From positions 1-64,000 of the forward strand of contig JBEKHN010000009.1 in the NCBI GenBank assembly GCA_050012255.1: a stretch of DNA of 64,000 bases, read 5' to 3'. The position numbers and the translations under genes are program-made. The notes below the pieces were generated by a model. That model did no database searches and was not told the DNA's origin. It saw only the letters and a program-made list of their open reading frames with translations. This DNA is from Candidatus Bathyarchaeia archaeon (GTDB lineage Archaea > Thermoproteota > Bathyarchaeia > Bathyarchaeales > Bathycorpusculaceae). How positions within the stretch are numbered: position 1 is the stretch's first letter; every line of letters begins with the position of its first letter. This document shows, one piece after another, positions 49,563-59,100 of this stretch.

Positions 49563-50695
49563 GACACCGAACCTGTCATAAAAATCCGTTTCGCACTCTC
49601 GCTTCGAACTCTAGCTGATGCAAAAAGAGCCACAAAACCCGCATGATTTTACACCTTTCCATATTTTGCACTTAAAGAAGACGGAAACAGTTGAGGGCTT
49701 CTTGTCAACTTTGTACACTCAACCGACCTTCGAACAAACGATTCGAAAAACGATTTTATCCCACGTACGAAAACCCGCATTTTCAACGTTTTACGTCCCC
49801 TTTCTGCCTGCACAGAGAGTCAGGCTTGTTGATTGACTTTGGTGGTTCCATGAATAGGAGAAGCACGCGCGAAGATCCACGCTCTGTTTATAAACTTCGA
49901 CGGCTTACGAAGCACCCGCTCCTATATGGGCGCCTTCCGCACTTGATCCTTGTTGCTATGAACGCCCATTGAGCAGATCTGTCTTATTCCCATGTTTGAT
50001 GACGAAAACTTGCGATCAAGCAGAGTCAAGGCGTTTGCAAAAGGGCTTGTGCAGATGCCAACGCAAAGACATCATGAGCTTCCGTGTCCTCATGTCTTTT
50101 GCCATGATAGACCGATGAAGTCGGCATTCAGCCGGCTCGAATGGTTGAAGCGCATATGAGATACTCGTGTTTCCACTATTCAAGCCCAGAAACCCCCGCG
50201 CGTTCAAGCTCCGAACTGAGTTCTGAAGAATAATGCACTACCCACCCCTGCAGTTCTTCGACCACAAATGCGCAAGTGACACTGGAGTTCATATTAGCAT
50301 CGAGTGGGCACAATTCGAGGAAAAGAGCAGGTTTTCAGGACCAAAGTTGTGAACAAGTGCGCAGGGGTAGAGGAACTTTGAAAGCTCGTGCACCTGATAG
50401 CACTCGGGTAGCCCGTTGATTTTTGTGACTGGAAAGCGTTAAAGTCATTGCGCGGCGCGCGCGGTTCTGTGCTTGTTTTGGGCATAATCGAAGCTTGGAA
50501 CATATGGGCATCTGTAAGAGAATAGGTAGCCCTCTTGCTGTTCGTTCTCGCTTTTACAGTCCATTGCGGTTCTACGATCTACATTGTCAAAAAAAGACTC
50601 GAGATGCTCCAGACTTGAACACAGGTGCCAAAAGAATAAAGAGTTCTCGTTTCTTTCTAACTAGCCTCTGTTAAGATGGCGGCAGGGAAGATTCG

Positions 50696-51895
50696 TTGTC
50701 CAAGATTGCCGGCTACAGGCGTATCTTATCTTACGGTGTTCCGTTCGGAGCTCTTACTCGAAACGTTTGGCTAGTTTGCCTCTCATGTGTTATAGGCGCG
50801 TTCGGTGAGGGAATGTACTTTTGGGTTTTCCCTCTCTACATCAGACAATTGCATGCTGATTATGTGCAACTAGGCTTAGTGTATTCCGTCCTTCTTGGTG
50901 TTTCAGCATTGGTCGGGCTGGCAGGCGGGCTGCTTGCTGATCGTTGTGACCGTAAGAACTTGTTGATCTTAGGGTGGGTGTTGTGGATTTTCGCGCCACT
51001 GATTTATTCCTTCGCTGTGGAATGGCCACAGCTGATTCCTGGAGCCGTCTGTTGGGGTGCATCGAATATCGCTGGTCCCGCAATAAGTGCTTATGTCATT
51101 ACGGCCGTCACAGATAAGAAGAGGGTCGCCACTGTTGTTACTTTCGTGTTCTCTACATTCACTTTCAGTTACATTTTTGCTCCCGCAGTTGGCGGTTACT
51201 TGTCGACGATTGCGGGGATGAGACCTGTGCTTTACCTCTCGACTTTGCTTATTGTTGTCTCCACCGGTGTCCTCTTCTTCATTGACAGCCAGTGCCCTTT
51301 GAAAAGAGGGCCAGATGAACATCATTCTCCTTTGGCTTTGGCAGAGAGAAAAGAACAGTTGCGAAAATTGCTTCTTTGGTCGTTCTTCCTTACATTGACA
51401 ACCTTCTTCACGAGTCTTGTAAGAAATTTCGTGCCAGTCTTTCTTTCTGAAAAGGCCAGCTTGAGCGAATTCTATGTCGGATTGTTCGGATCTGTCAATT
51501 TTGCAGGCATGACCTTCGTTGGCATTACTTTGGGACGCTTAGGTGACAGGTGGAAGAAGTCAGGCGCCATAAGCATATCCTTGCTCTTCTTCATCGGTTC
51601 GATGGTGCCCATGCTTTTGGTTCGTGACCCGCCGATCTTGCTGCTTTTGGCGTTTGTTTACGGAGGTTCAGCAGTCACGGGTTCCTTGGTGAGCTCTTTT
51701 GTAGGAACGATTGCACCTGAAACCAGACGGGGGCTGTGGCTATCCATTCCGCAGAGCTTGAGTTTGTTGGCGGCTTTCGCGGCACCTTACTTAGGAGGTT
51801 TTCTCTACACCTACTCGCCATATTATGCCTTCATTACTTCGATTGTTGCTGCACCTTTTCTATTGATATTTTCCATCCTCGTGTTGAAGGACTAA
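50696..51895 (+). CDS. MFS transporter
   Basis: About 12 TM segments; GLLADRCDRK and GRLGDRWKK motifs. Confidence 0.9.
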   Translation: MSKIAGYRRILSYGVPFGALTRNVWLVCLSCVIGAFGEGMYFWVFPLYIRQLHADYVQLGLVYSVLLGVSALVGLAGGLLADRCDRKNLLILGWVLWIFAPLIYSFAVEWPQLIPGAVCWGASNIAGPAISAYVITAVTDKKRVATVVTFVFSTFTFSYIFAPAVGGYLSTIAGMRPVLYLSTLLIVVSTGVLFFIDSQCPLKRGPDEHHSPLALAERKEQLRKLLLWSFFLTLTTFFTSLVRNFVPVFLSEKASLSEFYVGLFGSVNFAGMTFVGITLGRLGDRWKKSGAISISLLFFIGSMVPMLLVRDPPILLLLAFVYGGSAVTGSLVSSFVGTIAPETRRGLWLSIPQSLSLLAAFAAPYLGGFLYTYSPYYAFITSIVAAPFLLIFSILVLKD

Positions 51896-51981
51896 GCTTG
51901 GGCACGCACATTAGCCTGAATTTGAGACTGTCTTAAGAGCGTTGGCTTGTCCCTAAATTCGCAAAAAGCACGAATCTCAGA

Positions 51982-52028
51982 GCATATACATTTTGCATAT
52001 ACGTTTTGCATATACACTTTGCATATAC
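51982..52028. repeat. Four 13-bp tandem repeats with core GCATATAC
   Basis: GCATATAC at 51982, 51995, 52008 and 52021. Confidence 0.9.
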
Positions 52029-52204
52029 AGCTGATGAGGATTGTTGAAAACGCTGAGGCTGTTCAGGTCGGATGCGGAGCTATGCGGGCTGTTAAAGTGC
52101 GCACGCACAATAAAGGGACAAGGCAGCGTGCTTCTGTGATATTGGAAAGCGAGACCATGTTGTTATTAAATGAAGGACCTTCTAGAAGTCAAAGACTTTC
52201 TAGA

Positions 52205-52384
52205 ATACGGCATTCAAAGCAGGAGAACACACATAGACATGGACTGAACATCATTTGAATCTAGAAGCGGTAATTTCATGGCAAGGTAGGCGAAACAGAA
52301 GTAGAGATGAAGGAATTGCTTGAGGAAGGCTTTGAATACGTTTGCTGAAAGGATAACTTGATATTCTTGAGAAAACCAAAATGA
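52205..52384 (+). pseudogene. Tyrosine integrase C-terminal remnant
   Basis: RHSKQENT..., then *FHGKVGETEVEMKELLEEGFEYVC*KDNLIFLRKPK*; resembles the GFEYVC..F.RK tail of bathyarchaeal integrases as I recall it; abuts a tRNA. Confidence 0.7.
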
Positions 52385-52426
52385 ACGAGAATCTAACAGA
52401 AAAGCATAAGAAGTCAACAAAAAAGC

Positions 52427-52503
52427 GGCCGGGGTGAGGTAGCTTGGTAGCCCATAGGCCTGTGGAGCCTAGCGCCCGGGTTCAAATCCCGGCCCCGGCC
52501 CCA
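52427..52503 (+). tRNA. tRNA-His(GTG)
   Basis: G-1, acceptor stem GCCGGGG/CCCCGGC, anticodon arm TAGGC-CTGTGGA-GCCTA, GTTCAAATC T-loop, C discriminator, encoded CCA. Confidence 0.96.
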
Positions 52504-52633
52504 CATATTCTCTTGAGAGAAGCATAAATCAGGGCACGCGAAATAGAACTCTCGGGATCGTTTTTGGGAGGTGGACAGTCACAGTTGCCTGCGTGTCCTC
52601 GGAGGAGAGTGGACTCGGTTTTTTATCTTCTCG

Positions 52634-52879
52634 CTATGCTCTTCTCACTATGTTCCATCCGGCCAATGCGCCGAGGATGTCAACCACTGCCATGATGATT
52701 GTGAGGTATTGCCACATCGACTTTTCTTTGAATAGGTCTTCTGCTGCGAATGAAAGGATTATTGCAGCAACTCCTACGTATAACCCAATTGAGAAGAAGC
52801 CGATGAGGAAGAATCCCAACACGCTCAGCACAAAAGAAACGAATGAATACCTGCTTGTACCCTCTTCGCCGTATCCCAT
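52634..52879 (-). CDS. Small membrane protein
   Basis: Two to three TM segments; GAGGAG RBS. Confidence 0.7.
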   Translation of the reverse strand: MGYGEEGTSRYSFVSFVLSVLGFFLIGFFSIGLYVGVAAIILSFAAEDLFKEKSMWQYLTIIMAVVDILGALAGWNIVRRA

Positions 52880-53012
52880 AGACGTCTCCTCATAGCTTGG
52901 AAGTCGTTTCTCACAACCAATAAATAAAGGTGTCGCAAGGCACCAACACAGCTCTCTCTAAGAGCCTTGGGAAAACACTTCAAAACGTAAGTCTAGCGGG
53001 GTGCTGAAATCT

Positions 53013-53996
53013 TCATATTGGAGGTTTCACGTGCTTCTTGTTCTCATCCCTGGACTTCATCCAGGTTTCAAACTCTTTGGACGGCGGGTCTTCGTTGAAA
53101 AGCCTTTTCCTCGAAGCTTCAAGCAAAGCACTCTTTTTCCCCAAGAATTCGGCCGCAGTCTGGAGCGTGACCCCTGACTTGTAAGTATCGTAGAGTATGT
53201 TGATCGTGTCTTCTTGCCAGTTTTCGTCTCGCAGAACATGATGGTCAAGGATCACGTTTGGAATTTTTTTCACGATTTCATTCAAGTTTTTGAGCCCAGT
53301 TTGAAGTTCGTTTTCGCCGACCTTCAAGGCAGAAAGGTAGAGGGGTGGCCCTCCGATCATCAACAACTGGGGGTTTTCATTGATGATAGTTTGGAGCGTG
53401 CGGGCGGACATCGGCCCTTGGACATCTGGAGCGAAAAGGAACTTCTCATCCTGTGACACAATCGTTGTCATCAGCACCCATCCTAGCTCCGAGTTTTGTG
53501 GTCCGTGGAAAACCGGTTCGGAAAACTTCACTTTCGTGGCGCCAAACGTAAAGGTTTTGCCATCTGCGTTTTCGATCTTCTCTGCATACTTGCCGCCCGT
53601 CTTGCTGAACATCCAAGCTCTTTCCCGTTGGCTGTAGTTGATTTGCTCCCGAGGATTCTTCACTAGAACGGTCTTGTTCTCATAGATCTGTCTGGCAGTC
53701 TCACCAGCATCTGTCCAGTTGACGAGCCAGTCCTCGAAGGAAGGCGTGTGATGGTCGTAATGGTAGTGGCTTATGGTGACGACGTCAGCCTTCTCTGCGG
53801 CCCGCGCGATTTTTCTGCGACTCTCAACTATTGCTTTAAACTCTTTGGGATGAGGAGGGAGGCCGAAACGGTTTGGACACAGTGAAACGCCGGCGTCCAA
53901 GAGAATCCGCGTGTCAGGCGTTTCAACGTATGTGCACATGGACCTCACTCCGAGACTTTCGGCGGCCAACGGAACGACGCGAATCCTTCTTAGCAT
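53013..53996 (-). CDS. UPF0282-type metallo-beta-lactamase fold hydrolase
   Basis: AESLGVRSM, SHYHYDH, DVQGP and DHH.LRD motifs. Confidence 0.9.
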   Translation of the reverse strand: MLRRIRVVPLAAESLGVRSMCTYVETPDTRILLDAGVSLCPNRFGLPPHPKEFKAIVESRRKIARAAEKADVVTISHYHYDHHTPSFEDWLVNWTDAGETARQIYENKTVLVKNPREQINYSQRERAWMFSKTGGKYAEKIENADGKTFTFGATKVKFSEPVFHGPQNSELGWVLMTTIVSQDEKFLFAPDVQGPMSARTLQTIINENPQLLMIGGPPLYLSALKVGENELQTGLKNLNEIVKKIPNVILDHHVLRDENWQEDTINILYDTYKSGVTLQTAAEFLGKKSALLEASRKRLFNEDPPSKEFETWMKSRDENKKHVKPPI

Positions 53997-54265
53997 CAGG
54001 TCTCACAAGCTTGGTGCGATGCGTATAAGCTTTTTATGCGGGATACTTTTAGCTTTGCGTGGCGGGCGATGAAGACTCTGGCCCCATGAACTCAAAATGA
54101 TTGTGATCTTGAGTGCGGAGCCCGCTTCTGGACGAAGCAACCGCTCACGGCTGAAGCAGTCTGAAGGAAGGAACGAACTGCGTTGATGCTTTTGTATACG
54201 AAACAACGTTTCTGTGGCAAAAAATTAAGAAATTGAGCCTTTGTCACATGGGCATAGTGCGTTTC

Positions 54266-54847
54266 CTATTTTTCTTCAGGCGGCTTTTTCCAGATCTCAA
54301 GCATCTTCTTCTTCAGTTGTCTTCGCTTTCTCTGCAGAAACCTGTAGACTGTGGCGTGCATGCTGCCCCTTATGAGCATTTCAATCGCTTCTCTTGCCAC
54401 TTGAGCCTGTTCTAACGTGCCGATTATGCCTACTGTGTGCCCGTAGACAGCAATATTAGTGTCTGTTAGTTCTTCGATTATCATGCGGGTCTTGCCGTTC
54501 ATTCCGATTATTCTTCCTTTGACACGGATGATGTCTGCCTCAGACTTTCCGAAAACGGTCCTCAGGTCCAAAATGTCTAGAACGGCTTCTTCGTCGCGAA
54601 TCAGTCGAAAGGCATGCTCGGGTGAAAATCCTCTTCCAACAGCCGTGATAACGTCTTTTGCCCTGAAAAGCATAGATGGGTCGGTGACGTTTTCACCCAT
54701 CACCACGGTGACGTCGCCGGTTTCGCTGTCAATTTGAAGTTCCACTGAGAGCTTTTCCTCAATGCTCTTTTTTATGGTTCCCTGAGGGCCGATCAATGCA
54801 CCTACGCGTTCTTTGGGGATTTTTATGAACGTGTTAGCCCTCGCCAC
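54266..54847 (-). CDS. KH-domain rRNA processing protein (Dim2/Pno1-like)
   Basis: GALIGPQG, GRGFSPE, GRIIG.NG and H.TVY motifs. Confidence 0.93.
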   Translation of the reverse strand: MARANTFIKIPKERVGALIGPQGTIKKSIEEKLSVELQIDSETGDVTVVMGENVTDPSMLFRAKDVITAVGRGFSPEHAFRLIRDEEAVLDILDLRTVFGKSEADIIRVKGRIIGMNGKTRMIIEELTDTNIAVYGHTVGIIGTLEQAQVAREAIEMLIRGSMHATVYRFLQRKRRQLKKKMLEIWKKPPEEK

Positions 54848-55640
54848 GACCAGTCACCCTCCTGTAGGAGTCTTCGACCGACGGAACCTTAACGCCTAAG
54901 CGGCTGAAATACTTGTTGAGATTAGTCAGGTCTCTGCGAAGAAGATAACTTGCCATGGGGTGCACAAGGGGAACAGCCTGGGACACGTCGAACAACACTG
55001 TCCGTCCTCTCCAGCTCATTATGTTGTACTCGCTCAGGTCTCCGTGGACTAGTTTAGCCTTGCGGTACAGCCTCTCCAGATAGGTCATGAGCGTCTCGTA
55101 GACTTTCGCGGGGTTTTTAGGGGTCTTCTCTTTGAATGATGGCGCGCCTTCGCCGTTTTCGCCTATGAACTCCATGATGAGCACATTGTTCTTCACGGCG
55201 ATCGGTCTTGGCACCCTTACCTTGGCTCGTGTGGCCAGCTCCAGATTTTTGAACTCTTTCTGGGCCCAAGCGAAAATCAAAGAGCGGGTGTCATGTCTCA
55301 CTCCTTGAAAGCGAGGATCTCCCTCAATGTACTTTAATAAGCCTTTTCGGAACTCTCGGGACACGACAAGGTAGATCTTTATCGCCAGCTCCTTTCCTTC
55401 TTTGTCTTTTCCCCAGTAGACCCTCGACTCCTTTCCGGCCTTGACAACGCCGTGAATCTCATCTATGTTCCCCTTGTTCATGAATTCGTAGATTACCATG
55501 AGCGTGGACTTGTCGAAAACCTCTTCCATAACCGCTCTTTCGGATGAAAAGTCTTTGGTTAGCATCCGCTGATCGCGCTCGGAGCGCTGCTCTTTCCTCG
55601 TAAGCTTGTCTTCAGCTCTCTGCGATCGCTGCCTGCTCAT
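54834..55640 (-). CDS. rio1: RIO1 kinase
   Basis: GKES.VY, AIKIY, HGDLSEYNI and FDVSQA motifs. Confidence 0.95.
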   Translation of the reverse strand: MSRQRSQRAEDKLTRKEQRSERDQRMLTKDFSSERAVMEEVFDKSTLMVIYEFMNKGNIDEIHGVVKAGKESRVYWGKDKEGKELAIKIYLVVSREFRKGLLKYIEGDPRFQGVRHDTRSLIFAWAQKEFKNLELATRAKVRVPRPIAVKNNVLIMEFIGENGEGAPSFKEKTPKNPAKVYETLMTYLERLYRKAKLVHGDLSEYNIMSWRGRTVLFDVSQAVPLVHPMASYLLRRDLTNLNKYFSRLGVKVPSVEDSYRRVTGRGEG

Positions 55641-55925
55641 CCAATTCCCTTTTTTTCTGTTTGATATTACCGCTCTTGGTTTATATTAATATTGATGGGA
55701 AAAGCCTATGAGGTCACTAAATAGTGGCCGGGGTGAGGTAATCCGGGCAACGATGGTGACGTCTCCACTTTCTTTCGCACAATTCCCTTTTTTAGTGTGT
55801 TTGGTTGATGCTTTTGTATACAGAGTCAAAGAACAATTCTGAGAATGCCCCATGCCGTTGGATTTGGGTTTGGACAAGACTTTGCTCCTAAGACCAAACG
55901 GGTTCAGGTCCAAACGCTTTTTTCA

Positions 55926-56096
55926 TTATATGGTACCCATATAGGCCATCACAAATATGATTGCGATCTGGAATATCGTCTGGCTGCCAGCGAAGTAGAA
56001 GTTTCGCATGCCAAGTTTCACAATCTTCTCTTTGTCTGGGCTTGGCTTCCTGAGCTCGAGAAAGATGCGAACCTCGTTGGGCATTATCAGACCAAA
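55926..56096 (-). pseudogene. C-terminal fragment of a membrane protein
   Basis: FGLIMPNEVRIFLELRKPSPDKEKIVKLGMRNFYFAGSQTIFQIAIIFVMAYMGTI*; starts immediately after TAGCGCGCGCGC with no gene body upstream. Confidence 0.65.
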
Positions 56097-56128
56097 GCGC
56101 GCGCGCTATCAGACTACGAGAATTACGG

Positions 56129-59100
56129 CTAGTGTGGCTTGAAGTGGGCGGACTGTATTATGGCGTCGTAAATGTCCACAATGCCGTCGCTGTTGATGTC
56201 TGCGTTGGGGTTCCAGTTCGAGTTGCCAGGTTTTGTGTTGAACGCTGCACTCAATAGGATGGCATCGTAGATGTCAACTGTGTGATCACCGTTTATGTCG
56301 CCTGGCATCGTCACAGTAATCGAGGTGTAATAGTTGTTGTCGCTGGTGTCCGTTTCGTTAGGAACTGGCCCAGCGTGTATGCTCAAAGCGTGTATGCTCA
56401 ACGTGTAATTGCCATAACTCAAGCCAGCAGTGCTGAGTGAAAAAGCGACGACTGTTGCGTTTCTAATCGTTAATGTTAACGTCTGCGTTTGATTTGGTGC
56501 AGGATCTGCTTTCAGCGTTATGTTGAAGATTTCTAGTTGTTCTCCGTAGTTCAGCACTACTGCGGTTATGTTTACAGGGTAGCCTTGTCCCACAAACGTT
56601 TTTGATAGGTTAACGCTTGTTATTCCTATGTCGTGTGGACCAGCGTAGGGTTTCATCAGCGGATAGTGATCTATGTTGCTGCTGTCAATGAAGTTCTCGG
56701 TGTCTCCTATACCATCAATGCTGGTCTCATTCTGGGACTCGCCTTTGCGCAAGTCTACTCCAGCGTAGTTGATCCAATAGTTTCCGCCAGAAGGATAACC
56801 GTTGTCCCACAGGTTTGTGGAATTGTAGCACAGAGCTTCCACGTTGCCTCCCATGAAGTTATTATGGTAAACTGTGTTGTTGCTCGAACCGATGATCTCA
56901 ATGCTTATGCCGTTTGCCACCAAATTGTTTGCAGAAATCCTGTTACGATCAGAAGAGTAAAGCACGATGCCGTCCTGATAATTTTCAGCAACGCTATTTT
57001 CACTTACAGTGCTGTTTGTCGTAAATGCGAACAGTATGCCTTGAACGTTTTTTGTTATGTTCAGTTGCGCCACGGTGATGTTAACGGAATTGACTACAGC
57101 TACGTATCCTGCGTCTTCTGGAACTTGCTTGTCAAGTTGATTTATCCAGTAGTACACGGGCCTCCCATCCACAGTGTTCGACGTGTTTACGTCATTAACG
57201 AGATCGACGAGTTGCGTGCCTGTTACGCCAAAGTTGAATTGGTTGGAGGTCATATTGCAACTTCTGAGAGAATTGTTTCCAGACATCTCCAGAAGCACAC
57301 CATAAGTGTTGTAGAGTGCGTTTACATTGCTCGCGGCGTTGTTGTATGATGTCACCATGTCAAGACCGAAACTGTTGTTGGACAGGGTGCTGAACGCAAC
57401 TGTATTGTTATTGGAAGAAGCTAAGTAAATGCCCTCTTCATTGTTACTGAGTGAAGTGTCTGTAACGCTGTTGTTCATTGACTCATAGAGATGAATGCCA
57501 AAACCATTGTCTGATGCGTTTACGTTCTGTATGGAAGAATCAACGGTATAGGCAAACAAAACGCCCTCGGAATTTCCAGATAGATTCGCGTCCTTTACGC
57601 TTATGTTTGTTGAGTTCACTACGGCTACGTAACCAGCATCCGTGGGAACGTTGTTGTCCCGTTGATTAACTAAATAGTAGATAGGCTTGCCGTTGACGGT
57701 GTTTGAAGAATCTATGTCTTGGATAAAATCCATGATAGATTCACCGTACAAGTCGAAGTTGTACGTATTATTGGTAACAGCATTGTTGCGCGCAATCGTG
57801 CTTGGGGAGAACACCAAGAAAATCCCGTAGGTGTTGTTGAGTATCAAAGTGTTGTTAATCGTGTTGGCGTTGGACCCAAGCAGCAATACGCCCGCGTTGT
57901 CCTTACCGCCGTTTTGAATGGTGAAATTGTCTACTTTCACGTCATCTGCGGTTACAGAGACAACGTTGTCTCTTCCGCCTCCGTCAATAATAGTGCTGTT
58001 TCGATTCTCTCCGACCAGCGTCAAACCTGACGTTACGATTTGGATGGTTTCACGATAGGTTCCCGAGGCCACGAAGATCGTGTCCCCCCCGTTGGCTGCG
58101 TTTACCGCGCGTTGGATCGTGCTGTAGTCATTTGGCACCCTGATAACCCGTGGAGAGTTGCACGTAACTTCCGTGGGGAAGGCGTTATTTCCGATGGAGG
58201 TCTCACCTGTAACGGGTAACACGCATGTTGTCACATTGTACATGCCTTCAACCGTTGCGTTCCATGAGAGGCTCACCATTCTTGATGCACCACTTGTCAG
58301 GAACCCGATGGCAGAAGAATCAGCGAGAGTGCCGTTGACGAGCAACTCGACTGTTATGTTGCTTTCGTCGTTGCTTCCCATGTTGAGTATAGTGGTGTTT
58401 ACGGTTGGTTGCGTACCAAGCTGAACGTATGAAGAGGTTCTCATTCTTAAGACGAGCAGATCATGGTCAAGCGGAGCTTGTTCCACTGCCTTTCTTGCGT
58501 TGATTCTTCCAAATCCGTAGTAAACGTCAAAGCCTGGGGCGCCTAAGTCGTCTGCAGTGTATTGCAGTTGAGCCCACACTTGATCTCGGGTCATGTTTAG
58601 AAACCTGCTCCAAATCAACGCTGCAACCCCGGCGACATGAGGACTTGCCATTGAGGTGCCGCTCAAGTACACGTACGAGTTGTTGATCCATGTTGAGTAT
58701 ATGTGGACCCCGGGTGCGGCAACATCGACCCAGCCTCCATAGTTGCTGAAGCCGGCCAAGCTGTCTTGCATGTTGGTAGCAGAAACGGCCACGACTTCAT
58801 CATAACCGGCCGGGTATTGCTTAACATTTGAAGCGCTGTTTCCTGCCGCGGCAACCACCAGCACACCGTGGTCGAAGGCGTATCTCACCGCTTCGTACAT
58901 CGTTTGAGTGTTGAAAGTGGCGCCCAAGCTTAGGTTAATAATTTTTGCCCCGTTGTCCACAGCGTGTATAATTCCCTCAGCGATGTCACTCGCTGTTCCA
59001 CTCCCATACTGGTCCAAAACCTTTTCAGCCATGATCCTGACGTTCGCTAAACCAGCGATGCCTATGCTGTTGTTAATTGCAGCGGCTATCGTTCCTGCAA

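Noticed and set aside
51982-52028. CRISPR array
   Set aside because: 8-bp core with 5-bp spacers is far too short, and there are no cas genes
52427-55740. Integrated element bounded by the tRNA 15-mer direct repeat
   Set aside because: The enclosed genes are housekeeping (rio1, KH protein, UPF0282) and the order is wrong for a 5' att duplication
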